Program-made: the position numbers and the translations under genes
Shown here: positions 22,020 to 33,396 of the stretch, one piece after another
How the letters are laid out: each line of letters begins with the position of its first letter
Numbering within the stretch: the stretch's first letter is position 1
Source of the DNA: Williopsis jadinii
Taxonomy: Eukaryota
Assembly (NCBI GenBank): GCA_024346625.1
Contig: AP024666.1
Location: forward strand, 1,302,001-1,366,000
DNA: 64,000 nucleotides
Direction: 5' to 3'
The notes under the pieces: model-generated
Told to the model about the DNA's origin: nothing
Database searches by the model: none
What the model saw: the letters and a program-made list of their open reading frames with translations, nothing else

Positions 22020-22680
22020 CACCCATAAGTTTTATGGTTTTAGTTGTAGTGACTGGAGAGGGGACGGTGTTGGTTGATCCATGGTCAATTGAACCCCTCT
22101 CTGGTTGGTTCAGCTTGTTTCCCTTATGCCACCATCTTGTGGGTGCTGTGTGGGAGCCCTGTGTGGGAGCCCGTTCCTGGGCTCCCTCTGCCTACGCTGG
22201 CGGTGTCAATCCCACGCCCACGTCTCCCCCAGCCTAGAAAATCAGGAGCGCTTCCCTGCAAGAAGTGCGCGCGAGGTGTGCGATTGATAGGAGAGAGGCA
22301 GGCGGAAGGGCATATGTGGGAGCCGAAGAAGCCCGAACAGAGCCGCACGTGTGGGGGAAGGGAAACTTAGGCAGAGCATGTGTGGGTTTGCGCGGTGCTC
22401 CCACCGGCGCTCACTTAGTGGGCCTCTGAGGACACACGGGCCTGCTCTCCCTGGCGCTTGGCCTGTAGGGTGTGAATCTGTGGTGTTTTGGTGAAACCCA
22501 TGCTGGGTTTCCCTCATCAACAAAGAAAACCAGGAGACGGACTAGAGCACACACCAGGACCGTGCCAGCATCATACGTTTGAGCCAACTGGAACCTCACA
22601 GGTGGCAGCCGGTTGGAAAGGTCGCAGTCCGGGTAAAGGGTAAACCCAGGACGGTATGACGGTTTTTTGTCCGTCTGGAT
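22020..22680 (+). ncRNA. Candidate structured non-coding RNA (class unknown)
   Basis: TATATAAATA at 21999-22008, then an ORF-free GC-rich tract with several 8-13-bp helices containing G-U pairs on the + strand; boundaries approximate. Confidence 0.35.
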
Positions 22681-23459
22681 CTCAAGATCGCAGCCCCTTG
22701 GGCACAGCTGGCGCTGGAATAAAGGAATGAACCAAGTGACTATCCACGCCGGAGAATAACGCTCGAAACGCTCAATCTACAATCACTCGATCGAATGACA
22801 ACATATGTTCTTCTCCGACAAGTTTCAGCCACTTGTACAGCACCAACCATGGCGTATGATGTGATCCAATTGGGCCAGCTAGCCAACATGGTCATATCTG
22901 ACTACTTGGAAAGTTCCATTAATCCACACCACTTGGTGACAAGCTTATCAGCAAGGACCTAAATCTCTGGACAACTTACAATGGAGAAACAAAACAGCAC
23001 ATTTGCTGATGGATCCCACGATCATGAATTGGAGCAGTTCAGCAACGCCCTCTTATGCCTTGTACTAAACCCTTCGTGATACTTTTGTAGAGATGTGGTC
23101 CATAAGTAAAATGTGTACACACTGGGAATTCCGCCCGTGCAGCTCTTGCTGTCCCCACCATCTTGTCCCCACGTCTTTCACAGGCTGCGCTTTTCCAACG
23201 GTTAGCCAAGCGGCGTACACGCGGTTTACCCGTTCAGACAGACCTCTGGCATTCCCGATTAGACAGACTTGTGGTGTGTCGCAAACCGCTTTTGGGTAAT
23301 ATGCTGCTCGTACCATTATTCTCTTGTGTCACGTGATTAAATACGGCGCGTACCGAGAATTCGCCCTCTGGTGAACGCTACGGATGAGTGAAAAATCGAT
23401 GGGCCCTTTCGCAGCAACTCGAGTTCTTGGGGTAACACTGGATGAGCGCTGGCTGTGAA

Positions 23460-24227
23460 ATGATAAAAACCACTTCGAAATCGTTCGTCATCCCGCTGAG
23501 GAATGCTAGACTGTACTCGTCCAAGATCGAAACCCCCACAGCTGGACACGAGCCTTCCTCCCGTGAGAAGGCGGAACTAGTATCGTCATCGTTGAAGTCG
23601 ATCTTTGATGGGTTCTTAACTACTGAGGAATCATATGAACCAGTGGATATAAAGCCTATACTTGCAAACCCACGAGCCTTTGCGGAGCTGAACCAATTCC
23701 ATCGAGATCAAATTACAGAGGATTTGACTAAAAGATTCAAACAAAAATGGCAGAATATCTCTCCTGAGTACAAGAGGCTGTCATACTTTGTCTCGTACGG
23801 TAACTATGGACCAAGAGAGGAACTTCAGGATAACTTGTTTGCCAACATCAAACCAGAGGACTTACCCTTTGCCTCCCCTGCAGCGGCGGCAACATCGCCT
23901 TTGGATAAAATCCACAAATTGCCTGAAGTTGACATGTGGCAATCCTCTCCGTTGAGACAGGAGCAATTCCGTAAGATGACCAGAAGGTTAGACCCGATGA
24001 GTAAAACCGTTGTTTATTTGGCACTAATCATCTCGTTGCTTGCACTTTATAGGGATAAGACCATTGGAGAAGATGGGATGGTGATAGATGTTCCAGAATC
24101 TCCTTTACTCTTGGCTGATATTAAACGTCAACAAGATGTGGAACGTGAACAGAAAGAATTAGAGGAAAGGCAATTACAACTCGAAAGATCAAATTCTAAA
24201 AAGTGGTATTTCTTGTGGCTCAGATAG
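23460..24227 (+). CDS. GEP7: Mitochondrial Gep7/Mtc3-like (COX IV-like domain) membrane protein
   Basis: KWQNISPEYKRLSYFVSYGNYGPRE motif, one TM, C-terminal KKWYFLW; synteny with RAD6 and PKP2 (YGL057C-058W-059W). Alternative in-frame ATG at 23442. Confidence 0.75.
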   Translation: MIKTTSKSFVIPLRNARLYSSKIETPTAGHEPSSREKAELVSSSLKSIFDGFLTTEESYEPVDIKPILANPRAFAELNQFHRDQITEDLTKRFKQKWQNISPEYKRLSYFVSYGNYGPREELQDNLFANIKPEDLPFASPAAAATSPLDKIHKLPEVDMWQSSPLRQEQFRKMTRRLDPMSKTVVYLALIISLLALYRDKTIGEDGMVIDVPESPLLLADIKRQQDVEREQKELEERQLQLERSNSKKWYFLWLR

Positions 24228-24327
24228 ACTATTAAAAAGAGAAATGGATGATTTTGTATGTTGGTTAAATAGTAGTGAGTCCGCGTAGAATGCCAGTAGT
24301 ATATGTGAGGTATGGCGATCGGACTAC

Positions 24328-24946
24328 TCATTCGTCGTCGTCGTCGTCGTCATCATCGTCATCATCCATCTCGTCATTCCAACTCTTCTCCACAGTTTCT
24401 CTCACCCTTTTCACGTATTGAGCAGTATGGTCTTTGTACAAGTTTGCAGCCTCAACGTTAGCAGGCGATGAGATATTCGGATCGTTTAACAACGACTGTA
24501 TCGATGTCAATATCGACGACACGTCAAATGTCGGAGACCATCTATTTTGAAGAATATCAAGGCATAGATCACCGCTGGCATACACATTTGGATGGAATAT
24601 CTCAGAGATAAACTTCACACTCGGTGGCTTATTAGGGTATTGCTCGTCAAAATTGATGAGTAGACGATAGGTTCCATCTTCAAATGGGGTATCTGCTGGT
24701 CCGATTATGATGGCGTTCCTATGCAACCTTTTTGTTAGTGTTCAGAGTCCATCTCAGTCAAGCACATATCACTTACCAAACCATGACATTTTCAGGTAAC
24801 GGTGTCGCTGACACACCCTCTGGTGGATCCGATTGGAGTCTCTGAGAGATATCGGGTTAGTTGCATGTTGTGAACATCCACCAAGTGGCAAACTGATAAC
24901 TCACCTTAAGGTCTCTCATTAATCTCCGGCGTGCAGGTGTGGACAT
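24328..24946 (-). CDS. RAD6: Ubiquitin-conjugating enzyme E2, 3 exons (24946-24905, 24841-24777, 24718-24328), 165 aa
   Basis: Spliced [28 protein letters not shown]...[16 protein letters not shown]...[21 protein letters not shown]; acidic tail. Confidence 0.96.
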
Positions 24947-25870
24947 CTTTCACGTTATGTAGCCTTGTCTAGTCGTCTGTCGTCTCTATATGAGTTGGTG
25001 GCCTCTGGTCACTTCACTTCTTTGGCTTGTAGTGGGCTCGCTGGTTCAACTGGGAGTTTTGGCTTGTGCTTTTGTTTCGTCGCGTGTGCGCACGCTGTGT
25101 ACTTTACCGTCGCTGGAGCGTGGTGTCTGGGTGTGTTTGCCTTTCCCATTTTCGCCATCGCCATTTTCGCCATCGCCATTTTCGTGCTAAAGGAAAACTC
25201 GGCAATGTCGCAGAATAAAACCAGAAGTCCCGTCCAAAACAGCGTCATTGCCCTTTAGAGAAAAACTCTTGCGAAATGGCTCGCGTTTTTCGCTTTTCAC
25301 AAAGGCAACTACGGGATTTCGTGAGCTTGCCCTTTTGCGAAAAAGCGCAAGAAACGAAACTTTACCAAAAGCGAAACGAATTACCGTATCTGGCGAAACA
25401 GCGCAATCAAATGCATGATCTTCCTTGGTCTCTCTCGTCTTCGATGACTCTTTTTCGCCATTTTTTCCTACGACTGAAAGCAATAGCTGATTCACGAGTT
25501 TGAACCAATTGGTCAAAGCTCGTTGTAACAACATTGTTCCTATCGAAACACGACACTGCAAAGCCGTCGATTTTATCTTTCAGGGGGGCTCATTTCGGTC
25601 TCTCACAACTACATAATTCTCTATACTTTACCGTTAGAATCTGGGAGGAGTTTTCACTCACGACAAAGCCAGAAAAAAAACGAAAAGTCCCGTTGGTCCA
25701 ATTCCCCAGGTCCTGTTCCATTGTGTAAGAGTACCGCTTCCCATAAAAAACAGGTGAGGTGGGTTGGGACTGAATTTGAAACTGATTTCTCCCTCTTTCT
25801 CTCTTTAATTTGCCCTTTAGATCAGTATACTACGATAGAGCAAGTTCATATTCAACAAGAAACATAAGCC

Positions 25871-27289
25871 ATGATAAGGACTTTGACCAGGAATTTGGCG
25901 CAGAGACGCCTCTCTACGCTGTCGTACAATATTGCCCAGATACCAAACATCTCGATCAGTGAGGTTGCGTCCCACCTTTCAGATTTGGGGCCTTATCCCG
26001 TACATTCGCCCTATCTGAACCCTCAACACTATTACCAGAACACAGTACTACAGACATGGTCGCAAAAGACACCACATCCTGTGACGCTTATGCATTTGGC
26101 ACAGTATGGTCGCTCGCTTACCAAGCAAAAGATCATCATGAGTGCAAATTTTGTGCGATTAGAGCTGCCCATCAGAATCGCCAGGAAATTGATTGAGCTT
26201 CAGGAGCTGCCCTTTGAGGTGGTGAACAACTTCCATCTAGCAAAAGTTTACGAGTCATATTACGATATCTTTGAGACATTCAGAAAGTTCCCAGAGGTAA
26301 AGTCCATTGAGGATAACGATGCATTTTGTGCAATGTTGGAGAACGTGCTAACAGATGTTAATTTGTTGAACTTGCCGAACTTGATGATGGGTGCTTTAGA
26401 ATGTTCCATCTTGTCGTCGCTACCGAGAAATCAGCTCGACGAACTCATTTCTTCATTACTTAGAGCTAGAATCTCCAGGCGTCTGATCATTGAGGAGCAC
26501 TTGTCATTAACTAAGAATTACCAGGATAAAAAGACACACTCTATCTCAAAGGATCAGAAGACTCACAACGAGATTGGTGATATTTTCTTCAAGTGCTCAG
26601 CTAGAGACCATCTCGAGATCACTGCTCAGAACGCTTCCAAATTCACAGAAAACCTATATCCCGGTTTGAAGATGCCAGAGCTGGTCATTGAAGGTAACAG
26701 TGACCTCCAGTTCCAATTTCTAACACCACACTTACACTTCATGCTTGGTGAAATCCTGAGAAACTCGTACGAAGCAACAATGGCCCATTTTGTCAGCCAC
26801 AATCCAAACCACAAGACGGACCAACCACCACCGGTGTCTGTATGTCTCATAGATAACAAAGACCACGTTGCCTTCAGATTCAGTGACCGTGGTGGTGGTG
26901 TGCCAATAGAGCCTATTGGCAAAGTGTGGTCTTTTGCTAAGGATCCGACCCTTGCGAGAGCCTCCTTGGGCAACTTCCACAAGATGGCACTATGTACGCA
27001 GCCTCAGACCAGTCAGGCCGATCATGTGACGCAGGCTAGGGAATCTCTCATGAACACGTCAGTGGGTGGTATTGACGATAACTACATGAAGGAGAAGACG
27101 TTGATTAACCTGATACAAAGACCTGCAGAGTCTAAACTCGGGCTGGGACTGGCCATGTGCAAAGTCTACGCAGATTATTGGAACGGTGACGTTGTGCTAC
27201 ACTCCATGAAGGGTTACGGAACGGATACTTACCTTAAGCTGGGTAAATTGGGTTACTACAACGACAAGTTACAGCTGGACCGTGCATAA
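25871..27289 (+). CDS. PKP2: Mitochondrial pyruvate dehydrogenase kinase
   Basis: SANFVRLELPIRIA, EILRNSYEA, FSDRGGG, GLGLAMCKVYADYWNG, GYGTDTYL; synteny with RAD6. Confidence 0.88.
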   Translation: MIRTLTRNLAQRRLSTLSYNIAQIPNISISEVASHLSDLGPYPVHSPYLNPQHYYQNTVLQTWSQKTPHPVTLMHLAQYGRSLTKQKIIMSANFVRLELPIRIARKLIELQELPFEVVNNFHLAKVYESYYDIFETFRKFPEVKSIEDNDAFCAMLENVLTDVNLLNLPNLMMGALECSILSSLPRNQLDELISSLLRARISRRLIIEEHLSLTKNYQDKKTHSISKDQKTHNEIGDIFFKCSARDHLEITAQNASKFTENLYPGLKMPELVIEGNSDLQFQFLTPHLHFMLGEILRNSYEATMAHFVSHNPNHKTDQPPPVSVCLIDNKDHVAFRFSDRGGGVPIEPIGKVWSFAKDPTLARASLGNFHKMALCTQPQTSQADHVTQARESLMNTSVGGIDDNYMKEKTLINLIQRPAESKLGLGLAMCKVYADYWNGDVVLHSMKGYGTDTYLKLGKLGYYNDKLQLDRA

Positions 27290-28738
27290 CAGAAAGATAG
27301 AGGTGTTTGGATGTTTTTTGTTTATATATGCTACAAACGCGAAAAGGTCCAAACTTGTTCACATTCTTTGAAAAATAGAAAAAAGCGCAACACACGCCCC
27401 ATAAAAAACAATCTGGTGCATAGGTTATGTGTCATGACGCATATAAATATTGAATGGTAGTATACAGAACAGCAAGATCAATGAGTCGATAGAAATGAAT
27501 TGCTTAGTAGTCTAAGCTATATGTTCTGCCATAATTGGTGATGGGGTGATCTCAAGATATATTTCGTGTGCAATTTTAGGAGAGTGGTATAAACGAGTTT
27601 GAGAAAGCGAAAATCTTGTAGTTCACCAACTTATTGAATACCAAAAAGAGTGTTATAGCACTAGGAGGGATCTATTTGTGAGATAAAAGCAAAGCGGATG
27701 GAATACACAGCTGATATTTGTGTGAGGATAAATAACAGGTATCTGGTTTACTCGTTTCAAACTGGTGAGTAAAATCATAGAATATGCGACGTGGTATTTA
27801 CACTCAGCTGAGCCAGATCCTTCTCGGTCCGAGGTGAATGTCTCAGTCCAAAAATAATTATAATATTCTTCACAATCGGTGTTGGAGACAAGAAGTGATT
27901 TCATCAGATAAATATCTTCGTATCTCTCCTTGTACTTTACTCGTGGAGCCCAAGCTTTGTAGATCAGTGAAATGCTGTGAGATTGTATGTGTTGGCCGTA
28001 TTGCGGCTCAACATGGGAGAAACCACCACACAGAAGAGTACTGGAAGTTACCGAATAATACAGAAAAAGGTGCTATTTTCCAGTTACGACGACCTCACAT
28101 CATTATACAGTTACTGCGCTGGATGCATAGAGTGCATCAGATACCTCATTCTGACGATTGAGCCAAAAGGTTGTGCCGTTTCTAACACTACCATCATCGT
28201 GCTATTAGTGCCTGAAAAACAGCATGAATGTAGCACAAACTTCCAAGGTAAAAGCACTTGCAAATTTCATTATAATAGCGGGATTGGGGATATAAGAATA
28301 TTGAGTTTCATTAGTATGCGATTCCTAGATTATACTGAAGCCTCTGGGTAAATTTTGAAGAAGACAACACAACATTATCATGAACTCAGAAGAATAAGGC
28401 AAGGAAATGCAAAGATATAATATTAACTAAAAAAATAACCTGTTAAATGTAAATCAAACAACTTATACGTTGCCAACTCTTTAACAAAGATGCTCTGATG
28501 GTTCTATCAAATCATTGAAAAGCTATGACCCCTCTAACCTCGTCACCCTACTAAATCAGTACAAATCAAGCGAGATATCATTAGCATCTGTAGTCCCGAA
28601 TTCTTTCACCCGCACACCACACACAAATCTCATGGTAAAAACACGAAACAAACGCGAAAAATTCCAAGAGAGAACGTAAACAAATCCACACACAAAACAT
28701 CAAATATGTGTGGCTAATACAGATCATCGGCAGTCATA

Positions 28739-31700
28739 ATGTCTCTACCAGACCCGGACATCGTTATGTCCCTATCTCCTCGGATGATCGATATGCTTGC
28801 ATCTGTGAAGAAGAAAATATTAGCTTCACCGGTGGAAGAGAAAGCGCTCCTAAAGGACCATCTCGTACAATGCAAACATCATTTCCAAGCGTGTATTGAG
28901 ACGTTGACCAATCTCGAAAACATCTTTTCTTTCAATATGGGAAATGTATTAAGTGATTTGAGAAGACGCTTTGTCGAGTTCAACATGTGTCATCAGGGCA
29001 TGATGTCAGATACTTCTTGGTATCAAGATGTTGATTTTCTTGCTGAAGTCCAAGCTCAAATGGTGTCCGATGTTGAGAATTGTGAGGCAAACCAGACAAA
29101 CATCGCAGATAAACCATCATCTAATGAGGACAATGTTTTTCTACAACAGTCAACTTTTGACTCTACTTTGTATGGAGGTAGAACTAGTTTGAAACGCTTT
29201 CTTTTGGATACCGCAAAGTCTCTCATTAACGAAGGAATCAAGAGAAGGCAAACAAAAGGCACCGTTGTGGAGGAGAGGTCATCGTCTTTGCACAGTTTAC
29301 AACAAGCTATTCACATATACTGTCTATTGGAGCTTGGTATCTTTGTATCCCTTGTACAAAGACCAAACAATAGGTATATCGCACGGTGTTCATTTTGTTA
29401 TACCAAGGTCTTAGATTTTGACATACAATGCTCAGTCGGTAATATCGAACAGAGACATTGTTGTGAGGTTCCAAAGTTGATCAAACTGGTACTTTCTAGA
29501 GACACTACTGAAGGGCAAGAGCTTAGGAGTCCTAAATTAGAGAGAGTTGTTGAACTGCTGAGGTGTGATGGCTATTTTGGTACAAACAAAGATGGAGTAG
29601 AGATCGATAGTTTCGGTTGTCTCAAAGACTATCTGCTCTATTCAAAGATAAAATCCCACTCACTTTCCAGCGTTGGTAGAGCGATATTTGAATGGCTTCA
29701 AGACGCAGATGAAACAACTCTGAAGGTATCTCGGCCTCCTGAAGATGATTCATATCAGAGAAAATTCACACTCACAGCGACTCATCTCATCTTGAACAAC
29801 ATTTACACCAGATCAGAGGAGGAAATAGAAGATATATGCCAGGTTCGATTTGAGTCGACCACCAAACCACTAAATGCACAAATGTATGACTCTCTAAAAA
29901 GAGCCTTGTCGGGGACATCGTTTTCCAAAGTCACAGATAGAACGGCGAATGGAGAATACATGATACAGTTGTTATTGACTGCACTCTCAACTTCACATAC
30001 AGATAGCGATATGAGCAACAACCAGACAGCTCATGATGTTGTACAAGACAATCAAGAAAGTGAAGACCTTCTACAGGGCTTGAAGCACTTTGAGATAGCA
30101 TTACTTCTACGGGATAACAGGTATATCGACAACATCCTAAGCAAGGATGATGCGACTGAGCTCTCCAGAATAATTTCTGACTGGAGAGGAGATGGGCGTC
30201 AGCGAGAAGTAGAGAGTGACTGTGCTTCAACAACAGATGTAGATGGACCAAGTGTTAGTGATACAAATGTTGAATGGGAAAAGGCACAGGACGAGTTTTT
30301 ACAACAATTGGAAGACGCCAATAGTGATCACCCCGAAAATGGTCCTGTAGCCGATTCTCAGGGTGAGAGGTCAGCACTCAACAATCTGACAGTTCTTTCT
30401 AATAAGAAGAGGTCTGCACAGGCGTGTGACAAGAAACTAAATTTCAATCCTGACAAAGCAACAAAGATGTTGAAAGCTGCTGTAAAGTCCTCAGAGCTGA
30501 CAGCAGCATTCGATTTAATATCTTATTCACAACATGAAGTCAAGTGCATCTATTTCTCCAACTCTATTGATGACGAGTTCTACGAAAGCCTGGTTCCAAC
30601 TCTCTCATTAGATGCTTGCAATTGGTCGTTGTACAATGGTCAGGGATACAAAGATGACTTTCTTACATTATACACTATTGTTGGCCAAGCTGGATCCAAG
30701 GGACTTGTTCCCCTGGGTATGATGCTCTCAAAGAATGCAGAGTGTGGATTTGACTGGTTTACTTTCCTATACACATTCTTCAAGAAGAAGGGTGGATCAC
30801 ATTGGAAGAAGTTACGAGAATCTATGCAATTACATGATGATAGTATCACTGAGGAGAGCATTCCCCCATTGCATATCATATCAGATCAGGATAAGGGTAT
30901 TGAGAAGGCCTTGGATATGTTGAGAACCCGGTGTGATGTTCCGATTGAGAGTTTCGCATGCTCCAAACACGTCCAAAGAAATCTCTCCAAGTACACGATC
31001 GCAAAGCATAGAAGTGCTATGCAACATAACTTTTTCCGGTTGATATTTGAATCTGATCCCGCAAAGGTTCCACTAATCCAAGAAGCAATGAAGGGGGGCT
31101 TCTTTGAGAGGAATAAGAGGGAGAAAGTTAACAGTACTTATAATCTCATTACCGACACACAAGACTGTGCTAGAGGTCTTCAGCTTTACAATTCGGTGAC
31201 TCCAAGGTTTGATATCATGACATCCAACCATTGTGAGATTTTGAATGCAGAGATGTACGCATTTAGACGACTGAACCCAACCAATTTCATTACCGAAGCG
31301 CTCTCAGTGCAGCGTGACAAGGTGAAAATCGCAGAGTCTATGACCTGTGATTGGAAGACAATGAGACAGATGAATGGAAATTACAATGAAATGAATGACA
31401 CGAGCGACTCTGTTGATGAAGAGGAAGAACCAGAAGATGTCGGGATGCTCACAAACTATGGTTCATTGTTGTACTCAACAACCATTATCACTTCTTCTTG
31501 CCTAAATAGCAAAGAGACTAGTGTAACTGTTCATGAGAGTTCACCTGGAACACAAATGAAGACTCACGAGCATAGTGTGTCGTGGGACTGTGATTTGTCT
31601 GTTTATGAGCTTCTGAAGGTGCTGAGAGTTTATACAAAGAAGATGGGAAGATGTGATTCGTTTATCAACTTTCGTGCCTATGCTTATTATCAATTGCGAT

Positions 31701-32284
31701 TCAGAACAGCCGTTGTTACTGAGAAGCGATACACCATCTCAAAGGAGGGTAAAATGGAAGTAAAGTCTACATACAGCTGTTCCCATTGTCGCAATCAAGC
31801 GTATACATTCTTCGAATGTCCACATATTACTTGTGTGAAAATGAGAAGGGCCCACAACGGCCAAGCCCTTATCCCATCCTTGTCCATATTTGCCAAAGAG
31901 GTTCTCTATGACGATAGTAGAAAGAAGAACTCCAGCTACTGCCCACCAGTATTCAGATACCAGAGCTGTTTGTCAAAGGCCAATAGATGTGTCATACGGA
32001 AGACGGCGTCTCAAAGTTCCCGGTCAGCGGTGAAGACATTCAACAAAGGACTTCTACTGAAGGCGATTGAAGCGTTAAGAGGCGATCACGACACTGTGTT
32101 GGCGATCAAAAAGGTCTCTAAGAAGAGGCAAATGATCGCGTATGCTTCCAATCAACGGCCTTCCAAGGTTGAGAAGAAGAGAGGAAGAGGACGACCAAGA
32201 AAGTCAGAACAGAAAAGGAACTACAAGACCAAAAGGCTTATAGAAGAAGCTGTGGTGGATCAAGTAGACCCGCAACCAACATAA
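28739..32284 (+). mobile_element. Mutator-like (MULE) transposase gene, 1181 aa, no visible TIRs
   Basis: LSLDAC (D625), HIISDQDKGIEKAL (D716), CSKH (CxxH, 741-744), TSNHCEILN (E833); SWIM-like CSHC-x9-CPH; C-terminal AT-hook KRGRGRPRK; N-terminal CSFC...HCC zinc-binding-like motif. Confidence 0.85.
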
Positions 32285-32916
32285 CGTGGCTTCTCTACAG
32301 ACTCCTCGCAGAGTCCTTTACTTACCAATCCACATCTTGATGATTATTCAGTAGTTTTACCCAACCATATTCTTACCAGAAGAGCCCAGCAGTTCCCCTA
32401 CTGTATCCATAGAAACGGACCACTACCCCCTCCTTCCTGCCCACCACTACTACCCACACCGCAGACTAGTGCATAACGACACCTATCGGTAGGGACAGCA
32501 GTAAACAACTGTGAACTCCTCATGAAAAACACACACACTACAAGTTTTGTACGTAGAGGCGTAGGGCCGCGCGCGAGCGCTGCGCGCCGGCCTGAAATTT
32601 TACAGCGGTGCTGTGCGTGTCTACGTTTTTTTTGCAAGTGTGGGCCGCGTGGGCGATATGATGGCTTGTTAAAATTTGCCGGAATAACAAGGGTAGGAAG
32701 AGTGCGAAATTGGAGAGGGAAATTGCAGAGACATTGGCTGTGCGGAAAGTTGGACATTTTAAAAGTTGGGAACCGGCGATAATTTGGGCAAATTCAAGGG
32801 GTGGGCAGAAGGGAGAAAGAGAGAGGAAAAAAGGTGGTAGCGTTGTTGATCAACATCACGCACTCAAATTCTACCGCATTAATTAGATAGCAACGGCTCC
32901 GGAGGACAATACTCAG

Positions 32917-33361
32917 ATGTCCCAAGGCAAAGGTGAGTTTGGCCGTGTGATACATTCCTGGCGTGGCCTGGGTATTTCGATCTCGACAGCCCACTAACAG
33001 CGGGACTTGACCCCAATAGGAATCTCTATATCGTCCCTGCTAGGTGAAGATAATGACGTTATAGTTGTTGATGATGGGCCACAGGGGAGTGCCACTACGG
33101 TTGCCAGTGCGGAGCCGGCAAAAACAGCAAGGCCCCGTCGTACGAAAGTGGCCATTGCCTCGATACTCTCTTCATCGTCAGCGGAAGAGAAGAAAAGTGT
33201 ACCACAGGCATCGCAACGCAGCGCTAAGGCCTCCAAGAGGTCTGTGAAGAAGAAGGAAGTGCCAAAGCCCCAAGGCGGTGATGATAGCACCAACGGCGGT
33301 GGTAATGATGCGCATGATGATGATAATAACAACAACAATAATACTGGTAATGGTGATGAAG

Positions 33362-33396
<35 letters not shown>

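Noticed and set aside
27290..32900. Terminal inverted repeats for the MULE element
   Set aside because: Manual comparison of both flanks found only short chance matches (about 8 bp).
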